Shown: in pieces, positions 40,101 through 52,100 of the stretch
How the letters are laid out: each line of letters starts with the position of its first letter
Position numbering within the stretch: the stretch's first letter is position 1
Assembly (NCBI GenBank): GCA_903813345.2
Contig: CAIIXF020000001.1
Coordinates: forward strand, 9,300,001-9,364,000
Direction of reading: 5' to 3'
From: Owenia fusiformis
Lineage: Eukaryota
Length of the DNA: 64,000 nt
The notes under the pieces: model-generated
What the model saw: only the letters and a program-made list of their open reading frames with translations
Databases searched by the model: none
Told to the model about the DNA's origin: nothing
Made by a program: the position numbers and the translations under genes

Positions 40101-43100
40101 AGACGGAAGAAGCTGAGGCACTGGAGATAGGAATTCCAGAGTTACTGAGGCCTATGGAGGGAAGCCCATGCCTCGTTTTTGTAAGTCGGAGAGATTTAAG
40201 CATTAAGTTTTTATTATCACACTTGGAAATGCTATATTTTCATTGTCTCGTGCAGATGAGTATGCCTCTGGATCGACTCCATATATTAAATCTTGTTTTT
40301 TAAATAAATTAATCATTCTTTCATTCCTTCTGACAAAATCAAGCGATGTAACATCGATACATGAATAATTAAACAACTTCAATAATTGTCATATCCAATA
40401 TACAGTGTTTTGAATAATTTACAGACTAAAGGCTGGTGGACCTATGAGTTCTGCTACAGAAAGCACATCAGACAGTATCACATGGAAGGTATGTCTTAGG
40501 CAGCTGTAGTAGGTGTTATATATAACATGTAAAGTGTCACCAATAGAGGCTTTACTCTCATTGAAGTCTTGTTTTTAATGACAATTTAGGAGATTAATAA
40601 TGACTTCTTTTAGACGAAAATTGATTTTGACAGTTTTTGAGCATCATTCTCATTAATTGTAATGCTTACAACTATGTAAATTTAAGTATTGTATGTTACT
40701 GCTCTGTTATTGACGTTTTCGCGAGTTAGTTTTGAGCTTCATTTCAAACATACATCTATTTTGGGAAACATTTCTAATTTTGACTAAATTTTGAAGCTTA
40801 TATTGGACTAATCATTATCCTCTCTCCTCCCTTTAAAATCAGTATTAACTCTATACTGTATAACTAGTGGTCCCGCGATTCATTATTGTTTATTTCAATA
40901 CAAGCAACGATATTTACCTCACGATACAATACAAACGATACAAGCAATGTAAGAGCGTAACAAATATTTTTATTTTTAAAAAACATATGGGTAAATAAGA
41001 CATTAAGATGCCAAATGTACCAACCACCGAATTTCGAACTCGTGAAACAGTATGAAACTATTAATGTCCTCCTAAAACTAATGTTCACTAGTGTCCAGTG
41101 TCCATTCATGATTTTTTTTCATTAAGTTTTTTTCAATAAAGGAAACCGGATATCCTAAATTGGAGATACATTCTATGCCACATTACACAAGGAAAATAAC
41201 AAAATGGGAAGATACAATCTTATTTAAACTGCTTTCAAACATGGTTTTGCTGTTTTGGGAGGGAAAAAACGATACAGAATTTTAACCGATATTCAAGTTA
41301 AGTATTGATACGCTCATATCATGCCTAATTGCTTGAGTGCTTGAGCAAATCCGAGCATTTGCGAGACCCCTATGTATGATACACTACTGCAGAAATGGAT
41401 TGCCTTCTATCAAAACAGACCTCAATAATCTTACTTTTTTATTGGAAATTCCAAAAATACACAATAATGTCTCAAATCTATTTTAAAAGTTGTTAACATT
41501 CAATTTATCAAATTTGGAAAGGAGACATAATAGCATGTTGTAATACATGTATATTATGTGTTCAATCAGTCATTTGATCATTTTGTATTTTAGATGGGAA
41601 GCCAAAGGGAAACATCATGTACCTCGGCTACTATGAATCTGACTTTGAATGGGATTCAAACATATCTGACGATGGAACTCAAGCACGTGTATGTATTAAT
41701 AAGATAACACATAAGACATGTGCTCTTAAAGGGTTCCGATAAGCATCCCGTATAAAAACAATATGGCGGCTCCAGGCGAATCAACTGGATCAGTCCATGT
41801 TTAAGAAATAAGGGGAGTTCTGTAAAATCCAGTTTATTGAAATTGTCTTTGAGATAAAGTAATCCGTTTATAATGATTTTGAAAACGTTATCCATAGAGT
41901 GATTGCGTTCAAACAGTACATGTACAACAGCCAATATAAATCCTTGTATTAGAACTGCTTTGTTTCATTTGTAGGATATTTCATATGCCAAGCTGTGTGC
42001 TATAACGTTATGGGGAAATTTAGATGCCAATTTTTCCTTATTATACACAAATAGAAGATCCTGAAACTTCACCCATAAATTTGGAATTGATTTGTCAAAA
42101 TAAAAATCACCCTTTTATAAATGTGTGACGATCTATAATATACTTATGCTATATAACAGTTAGAGGTGTTGACACAACGACCTCGAACCTGTGAACCCTT
42201 GAGTATTATTCCGGGATCGGGCCTTTTATACTAAGCGGTGAGCAACACCAGAAACGAGCGTTCGATTTGCTAAACGATATGCGTCACCCTTTAAATCTAT
42301 CATTTCAGGATTTTCTAAGTACTCTGTCCTCCTTATATGAATTTTAAAGTCACTTGATATTTAGATTACTTAAATTCATCTTTGGACCAAAGTACAGTAA
42401 TAACTGTCAAAAACTGTTCTTATGTGATGAAACACCCCCATTATAAAGACACGTTCAATGGAACATTTATCAATCAATATCCTTGTTGGTGTACCAAAGG
42501 TGTTCCACTCACACATGTTTTACTGTAGATGATTTCTCAGAAGCCTTTCGATGCACTTGTTACTGTCTATGTATTGTCTGTTCTTTTTCCAGTCTAAAAG
42601 ACGTAACAAATTGAACAAGTACCACAGCCAACAGTATGTGAATGGCTCCAAATGTGACCTAACTAGCAAGCCCAGAGAGGTGGAAGTTAGGGTAAGATTT
42701 AAAAGTGTAATGACCCGAGGGCGCTATAACTAGCGAGCATAGTGTAACAATTCAGGTTAAGAAATTGAAAGAAAGTGTGCTAAATTCAATGAGTGGGAAT
42801 CGAACCTAGGACCCTTGGACCTAAAGTCTGATGCTCTACCGACTGAGCTATAAAGGCTCAAGCCACTACAGCTGGACTGTAGTAGCAACATGCTATCAAG
42901 GGTCGTTACAAAAGTATATTGTGCAGTTTTAACTCAGCCTTGTGGAGATGAGGTGTGTACGGGGTGGGAGGGGGTGTACTGTTACAAGGGCTTGAACCAA
43001 GACTTTTTATGACAATCCCATGCTGGTAATGGTATTGAAAATATTAAATCATGCGTTGAAAACAATTGATTGTTTTGTCAATTATGACATACATGTAGTT

Positions 43101-46100
43101 CACAGTTACATATGTATATATATATCCATACATTTCAAAATGTAATGCAAGTAGAGATGGTCAAGTAGAGGCAGTGTTCCTTGGAGGGAGACAATGGCTT
43201 AAAGCTAGTCAGACCTCTTTAAAGAAGAATATTGTTTGAAAACATATAAGCTTAAAGAGATGTAATTTGTTTCTTGTTAAATTTCATATTCAATCATATT
43301 CCCCTACATTATTTTACAGTTTATATGCAATGCTGGGGAGGGTGACTATATTCTGAGGGTAGATGAGCCAGAGACTTGTATCTACACTATAACAGTGAGC
43401 ACCACCAAGATATGCCACCACCCATACCTGAAACCACCTCCCACAAACAAACCTGTGCCAATTGAGTGCAATCCTGTCCTAAACAAACAGCAGTTTGCTG
43501 TCTATCTGCAAGAAAAAGAAGGTATTGTTTCTTTGGATCATGCTTTAGATAATGTTGTAATTTTGAACATGAAAATCACATACAAAATGTACTGTTTTAA
43601 TTACTTACAATTCTTATGTTAATGGACCAAAAGTTTCAAGGAAAATTGTATTTTCAACAGAAAAGTGAAAAACTAGTTTGTGTTTTGTGGTATAAAACTT
43701 GTTTAAACATGAATAAATTTACATCTTCTTTCATTTTTTCCTTATATTAACCTTTTTTGGTTTCATTAATTTTGAAATACAGATAGAGGAAAAGAGATTA
43801 AAATACAAATCATTTAAAAGGTTGTCATGTCATTGCTTTACAGAGGAAAGAGTTAGATTGGAAGAAGAAATGAAGAGACTTGAAGAAGAGAAGATAAGGA
43901 AAGCTGAAGAAGCTATGCAAAAACTGAAAGATGAAAAACTATTAGCAGGTACACTTTCTTCTTGTACAACTTGTTCTTTTTATTTCTTTTTATACTTTTT
44001 ATAATTTTTTCTGATTATACGGCAGCAACATATCAATAATTTTGTATTCTGTTGTGTAGGTAGACTTCCAACAGAGTGTAGCTTGCCCAAGGATAGTGGT
44101 CCATGTAGAGCACTGTTCAGACGCTGGTATTACGACTCTGAAATCAGTCAGTGCCAGCCTTTTATCTACGGTGGATGCAAGGGAAATGGAAACAATTTTG
44201 AAACTCAGCAGCTGTGTCGAGAAAAGTGTGATATAAAACAACGTGAGTATTGCTAGTTGATTGAATAAATTAGGCAATTGTTGATATCAAGAAAATCCAA
44301 TGTTAATCCTTCTTAGACTGACAGAATATTTAAGATTCATATTAAATATAACACTTTCGCACTTTATCTTATCAAATTAAGTTAGTGTGGCCTTCTTTTT
44401 TTTATTAGATGTTTCTGGTAAACCCATCTCAATAGTCACTTACTCTACGCCCGGTATTTTTTGCGTGCGATTTAGTTTTATCAAAATATGACAATGGGTA
44501 GGTCTTATTACTGTAGATAAGGTAAATTAGTTTACAGATCTTGAGGATCCAGAGAATAATGGAATTTAAAACTTTGAAATCCGCGAAATTTAATGGCCGG
44601 GAAATTGGTATTTCTCAAAATTCGCGAAATTAAAACTCGCGGAAAATACCGGGCGTACAGTATATTGTGTGTCTGTCATGTAATATCATCATAGAAAGAA
44701 AGAAGTTCAAATAAAATAGAATCTATGTTTCTTGTATTTAAAGTTTAATTAAAGTTTTTTATACTTGATGAAGTATGTTTTGATGCCTGATCAAGTTGTT
44801 ATATTGCAATTATTTGTTTTAGAAATGGCAAGCAATAAAAACAGTCCTTTAGATGAAAGCTTGAACTTTGAATCATTTGGTGAGTTTGGTAGATCCAAAG
44901 AATTTTCCTCAACCGTAGATGCTCTAACAAAAGCTTTTACAGAGGGTCTTAGAAGTAGTGTGAAAGATATGATAGGGGATGTGGAAGGTTTTGGTAGGCA
45001 ATTTATTTTTATTTATCACTGGATACAAATCAATATTACCATCTGACTTGCACTTTTCTGGAACTCATTTCATTATAATTGTCTGGGTTACCATTGTTAA
45101 AGGGACTAAAAGGAAGAGAGACGAGATGGGATTAAGTTTTAACAAAATTGCCTCAATTTTACTACATGTATATGTTTTGCTCTCATGGCTTAATAGTCCA
45201 ACATCCAACTAAGTCCAAACATTAAAATTGGGACATTTTTAGGTATTTTGAATTTACTGGAATAATCCTATATTTATATAGTCCAGAATGGATATTCAAT
45301 TATTGAACATATTAAACCTAATTGAATGGCTCCCTTTAATTTATGATCTTGTACAATGTATTGGCATTGTATTGTTTTGTGTCCAGTCTTTACCTTGGTT
45401 TGCTTATAGATAGCTAACACAATGTACATGTATTTCCAATATGGCTTAAAATGTGGGCTTTAGTAATTAGTATTAGTTTTAGAATTCATAGACATCCTGG
45501 GTAAACAGCATTTGTGATAATAGACTGGTTAAGTAAATGTTGAAACTTAATGACCCTAAATTACCTTGATAATGACTTTTTAATGTTCACTTTGAAAGCT
45601 AATGTATGAGAGTGACAGATCTCTATTTATTGGGGTTTGCATTGTTTTCATAGTTTATCTACATCTTTATTTTAAAGGCACATACATAGTACATATTCAT
45701 ACATTTATACCACCCTAAGAGCTTTATATGATTGTATAATAGCATTGTATAACTGGAATATAAAACCAACACTCATCGTATACAACTCTTGAGAACGATA
45801 TACAACTCCTGGATAGGTATACAACTGCTGAATTTAGATTAATCTTTTATTGATTAAAGATTAGGGTGGGATAATAAGATCATATAATGGTTGATTCTGT
45901 ATATCGTTATACTCTCGTGAGTAATATGATATATTCACTTGTTCCCTTCGGTCACTCGTGAATATATCATATACTCACTTGAGAGTCTTGAGTATAAACA
46001 CGATATACGGAATCAACCATTATATAACCTCATAGTACAAAATGGACACATGTACACAAGATCCACCCATATACTGATACTAAAATGTAGTGGATAATTT

Positions 46101-49100
46101 GATTTCTTTTAGATCAAGATTTATTGGAACCAGATGTGCAGATTGAAGATGTCAAAATGGTTGGAGACCCTAAGGACATTGATAAAGTTATCAAAGAGGC
46201 ACTTGAAACTGCTAAAAACCAACAGAAATCTACTCCTGGTTCACAAAAAACTAAAGTCCCCAAAGGACCTGTTGAGTCAGAGAACGTGAAAAATACTCCG
46301 CAAAGTGGAACAGTATTGGATGATGTGGAGAATGAAGCCATTGATGGTGATACCAGTTTAGATGCTGAAGATGAGGAGGACGAGGATGATGATGAATTCT
46401 TAGATGACTTTGATGGGGGTATGTGCTCATATTTATCATGTGATCCCTAACTTTCTCTGATGCTTGTTGAATAACACCAGGAGAAGTTATATTCATCTAT
46501 ATTTACTAGTCATTCTGTTTATTATTACATTTGAATATTTTTTTAGTCCTCACTTTTAGCTATATTGTCCCTTATGCCTAACGTATGCCTATTGGGCAAA
46601 GTGCACGTGCCCCATGAAGCCTCACTGAGTCCCATGAGACTTGATAGTTCCAAGGGATTTCCCTCATTTTGTCCCACAGAGTTCAATTGAGTCCATTGGC
46701 CAGGGCTGCAAAGCTCCATTGGGTCCCATTGAATCTGCAATGCTACAGTCAAAACAGAAATGTTTGTGACTACTTTGAATTTAAAAAATAAGCAATCAAA
46801 TGACCATATTGAAACAGTTTATGTAAAAATAGAAATATTTATATTGATCCTAACTTTTGTATATTTCAGATAGTAATGTATAATGTGCAGCAAAGCTGTG
46901 GCCTTTTGTAATTTAGGGAGTTTCAGCCATGTTAATTTTTCCGAAAATAACATGGCAGAGAAGTATCAAAATATAAGATGACACAGATATGATAGCTAAA
47001 CTACAAATAAACTAAAATATACAAAAGTTAGGATAAATATAAATGTTTCTATTTTTACATAAACTGTTTCAATAGTACCCCGGACAGGTTGTATGATGCA
47101 GTCGTTTTTTTACTCTATATTTGCAATAGAACAACCATTCTTATTAAAATTTTCATATTTTATTTTAGAGACAATTTCCAACATGGAAAAAAAATATTTT
47201 AAAGAAATTCCTAATTTTATGATTTTGATAGGCTTTTTTCAAAAACACTCCACTGTCGATAAAATACAGGTTTCGCTTGAACAATTAAACTTTTAACGTC
47301 ATTTCAAAGATTGTCTATTATTGAATTTTTGGCAGCCTAAAGTCTTTCCAGATGTATTTGATGCCATATTAATTATGGCTGATTATTGTTATTCATTTTT
47401 GTCATATTCAATAGGCCTAATATTATTACAGTGCATTAGGCCAATGAAAAACTTGTCACTCTAGGTCACGTTTCCTCTGAAAACGCACCTTTTTCTCCAC
47501 TGGGTTTTTCCGCCACTGTCACTCAGCATGCAAGCCCGTGGCATGTAAATTGTACCATGCTTTTAAAATGCTAGGTCTCCCTGACAATTTCATGATAAAA
47601 TTTGACACAGCTATATTAACATCTCTGAAGGATCTTATGCCAAGAATACTTGAAATTGGAGATTCGTAATGTTTTACTTCATTTTGGACAGTATTGAACA
47701 GTTCGATCGGGTTGAACTCATGTCCGTGGACAAGAAGATTGACCTCCTCTATCTGGGCTCAATCTAGGGAACGCTTCACAAAACGAGACCCAGAGCTACA
47801 AGTTTTTATTGGCCTAATGCACTGTAATAATATTGAATATGACTCAAGTGAATAACAATGATCAGCCATAATTATTAATATGGCAACATATATATCTGGA
47901 AAGACATAGATGGCCGAAAATTCAATAGCCAGTCAATATTTGAAATGACGTTAAAAGTTTAATTGTTCAAGCAAAAACCCGTATTTTATTGACAGTGTAG
48001 TGTTTTTGAAAAAAGCCCGTCAAAATCATAAAATTGGGAATTTCGTTAAAATATTTTTTTTCCATGTTGGAAATTGTCTCCAGAATAAAATATGAAAATT
48101 TTAATAAGAATGGTTGTTCTATTGCAAATATAGAGTAAAAAAATGACTGCATCATACAACCTGTCCGGGGTACTATGGTCATTTGATTGCTTATTTTAAA
48201 AATTCAAAGTAGTCACAAACATTTCTGTTTTGACTATAGTTCTATGAATGGCCCACAATACTCTATTTGTGTACATTTAGAATGAACCTCATTTTAAATC
48301 CCTCTAAGTAAATAACATCAATATTCAGCATGTTCATAATAAATCCCATAATCTTTATGCATGTAGCAGTGCATGGCAGAAAATTGTAATTCATTCAGCT
48401 GGTTAGCCTCGCAATGTGCATTTAATTCTGTTCATAATACCACTTCACTACTGTTGTAATACTGTATATGTTGGATAACATAATAGCTTAATGATAATAA
48501 CATTTCGATTCATTCTGAATGTTGATTGGTGGAATATGATACTGACGAGTGTGGACCATGTAAATCATAGTCTTTGTTAATACATTCATTTGTAAAAACC
48601 ATTGAATCTCACTTATGCAGATGAGTATGAGGATGATGACGAATATTATGAAGAAGATGGTGAGGACAATGGTTATGTTGGAGAGTATGAAAATGATGAT
48701 AGTATTATTGATGAATTTGAAGAAGGTATTGAACCTAGGGATAGGGTTTCTTGATATGCTTGCTTTGTGTGGCTTTTTGATTTCACATTTTTTAATCTTC
48801 TGTGATGCCTTGCAACCAAAAGTCCCATTCAGAGATTTTCAGCTTCCATGTTTTGTTTTCTCTCTCACTTGGCAGGACCTATACTATGCTTTTTGTCAAC
48901 ACATGTATGCACACTGTCAGTGTCACTGCCATTGATGTTGTACATTGTATACCTTGTTGATATTGTATTTATATTATGTATGTTATTTTTATCATCCCAC
49001 AGAACAAAGTTTGAGGGGGATATAGGAAAGCCATCCGTCCATCCGTCCGTTCGTCTGTCTGTCCCGGCAATAACTCAAATACTGATTGACGGATTTGACT

Positions 49101-52100
49101 CAGATTTTATAGGCTTATGCCTTATGGTTGTAGGACCTCTGCTGGAGAAGGAATTTTTAATATGGCGGCTCAAATTAAAATGGCCGCCATTATTCGTAAA
49201 AAATGAAACCTATGATAACTCAATTACTAGTGGACGGATTTGGTTCCAATTTTATATGCTGATGTGGAGGAACAGAGGAGCTTTTATTCAAGAAGAATTT
49301 TTTCAAGATGGCTGCTGATTTCCAAAATGGCCACCATTTTTTGCAAGAAAACGTTATCTTTGATAACTCAAATACCAGTAAACGGATTTCATCCAAATTT
49401 TATATGCTGATGCCTAGGGACACAGTTGCTATGTTCTAGAAAACATTTTCAAGATGGTGGCTGAATTTCAAAATATTTGATAACTCAAAAACCAGTGAAT
49501 GGATTTAGTTCAAATTTTATATGCTGAAGCCAAGGGACACTGTTGCTCTGTTCGAGAATCAATTTTCAAGATGGCATCTGAATTTCAAAATGGCCACCAC
49601 TTTTCCCCAAAAATCCTTGGTAACTCAAAAACCAGTGAACAAATTTGGTTTAAATTTTAGAACCTGATATGCTCTGTTCAAGAAGGAGTTTACAAGATGG
49701 CCACTAATTATCAAAATGTGTTTTGTTCAATGGGATTTGGTCCTCCTCGGAGTTGCTGTTTTTCTTGTATATTTTATAATTATACTTTTATTTATTAATT
49801 TCTGTAATTCTTTAAGTAATTTCAAATTCTGCTTTGTCAATCTGTCTGGTCAAACACTGTTACGTGGGTTCATTTTGCACCCCCTTTCCTTTGAATTTAG
49901 TGATTTGAAGAATTTGCCAATTTACATCCCCACTCCAAGGAATTTGCTCTTTTCCACTGAAATATTTTTCGAGGTCTCCTCTGCCGAAGGCAGCGCAAAG
50001 TAGGAGCATAGCGACTACTTTGCGGGAGACCTCGAACCATTGATCACGTTTGCTCCTGTAATTATTCACTTCTTCACCTCTTTAAAATGTGATTTCAATC
50101 AGTTGATCAAAATTTCGGACTTTGACCTCAAATTCAAATATTAATATTTATAAAACAAAATACTGACTCATTATTATATTTTTAAAAGTCTTTCAAATAA
50201 AGTGAAATGAAGCCAAAATCAGCTAAAATTATGCAATGTCGTAAAATGGCGTGACTGGAATATGATGCAATCACCCGTGACATCAGACACGTATTGCCAC
50301 ATCAACAACTAAACAAACAATATAGACTTCACTGATTGGTTTAAAGATTCTTCGCATCATTTGTGACGTCATAAACATGTTACCCAACCAACAACTAAAC
50401 AAATAACAAATAGGCATATAGGTACGTTCAGTGCCACGCTGTTGAATCAGTTATAAACAGGGATAATCAACAGATATATGAGAGGGTCAGGCATTTTTTG
50501 ACTTGGAGACCTCGAATCGAGGAGTTTGCTGCATTTTCTTGTTTAGGAAATCATGTCTATTGTAGATAATCTATGGAAAACGCAACAGTCGAATTACTTG
50601 TCTAAAATGTTGGGCATTGAATTCAATAATTGAAATATTCACGAATGTGGTCTATACCAGGCCCGTAGCCAGGGGGGGTTCGCAGGGTTCGGGCGAACCC
50701 CCCCCCCTGGCAAAAAATTCTTTCAAAATCATGCAGTTTTTCACGATTTTGAGCATTTCTCAAGTGATTTTAGCCATATTTGGGCCAAAATTGTCAGATG
50801 TGAACCCCCCCCCCCCCGGAAATTTTTGAAAACTGAACCCCCCTTATGGGCCTGTATACAAATGCAAAAAATGAAATATATTAGATACATGTAGTGTCAA
50901 ATTAATCCAAGTTACAGTTTAATTAAAGATGACATCATCCATTTAATCTTATGGAATATTTAAACCCATTGCTACAAATCTTCCTGGGCCTCACCTCATT
51001 TGGCTTAAAGTAGTTGTTTACCGCCATGTTTTCTAGCTTTAAGTAAAAAACAAAGTTGGTGACACCAACATTTTTTGTTTGATATATGAGGCATAATTAT
51101 GTCATGGTCATGTTAATATAAAAATACATGCATTCTGTCGTAAAGTAACTTTTAGCCCTCCCAGTAAACAATCACTTGTGCAATAATTGTGTGCACTTTA
51201 CACTCTGCAAACTGCCTCTTGGCTTTTGTGATTACATGTAGTACAACTGCTGCAAAAGTCATATCCTTACTTTACAGAACATGTATGTGTAAACATGTGA
51301 GCTGCCATAGAAAGTAAAATATTTCAAAGATTAAAAGATGATACCACCAGTACCCACCCCACAAAACTCTCATTTTTCATTCTACATGGGCTCAAAATGA
51401 TGTACCATTTAGATTCAGAATTTAATTTTATGATATTACATCAAATATATACATCCGATATATTGATATTGCATCTAGCCTATGAATAATAAGTTGATAA
51501 CCCAAACACCATTCACAAGATGCATCTATATACTGTGGAGTCTATTTTATTTTAGATTACAATAAGATAGCAGACAATAAGGAGAAGAGGGTAGCCATTG
51601 GGGCACAGAAAGCTAAGATTAAAGATGCCATGACTGCCAAGTTTGGAGATATAATCAAGGAGGTAATAATATCAAATTAGAATCAATAAACATATTTTGA
51701 CATATTTAGAACTTAGTTTATTTTATTTACCAGGATTTTCATCTTTTCTGAAGTTTTAAGGTCATATCATAATCTGTATTTCAACAACATCATTTAGTTG
51801 TATAAGGGAGTTTTGCAATTTGGAAATATTTTATAAATCAAGAAACTTGCTTGTTTTTCCATTGTGTATACAGGTATACTGGTACATAGCCCAACCAACA
51901 CAAGTGCTGTCATCTATTTGTCTATGAATGAACAGTAATATAATAGCCTCTTATATTTTGATTGTTCACTAGGCAGAAGCAGAGGAAGGAGTGGAAGCCA
52001 ATGAGGAGACAAAGGGTCATGCCTATACGCAACTTGCCAAAACATTAACAAAACTATTAGATAGACTAGAAAAAGCTGAAAAAGGTACCATCTATGGAAA

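Noticed and set aside
42785-42857. Functional tRNA-Lys gene
   Set aside because: The anticodon stem and acceptor stem do not pair properly, so it is treated as tRNA-derived.
43999-44277. 92-aa minus-strand ORF over the Kunitz exon
   Set aside because: It is the antisense shadow. The plus-strand frame has the Kunitz signature and the splice sites.
47093-48182. Near-identical ORFs on opposite strands ([14 protein letters not shown]...)
   Set aside because: They are the two arms of the foldback element, not genes.
48615-48935. Met-rich [13 protein letters not shown]...
   Set aside because: It is an out-of-frame reading of the acidic OS9 exon 48621-48725.
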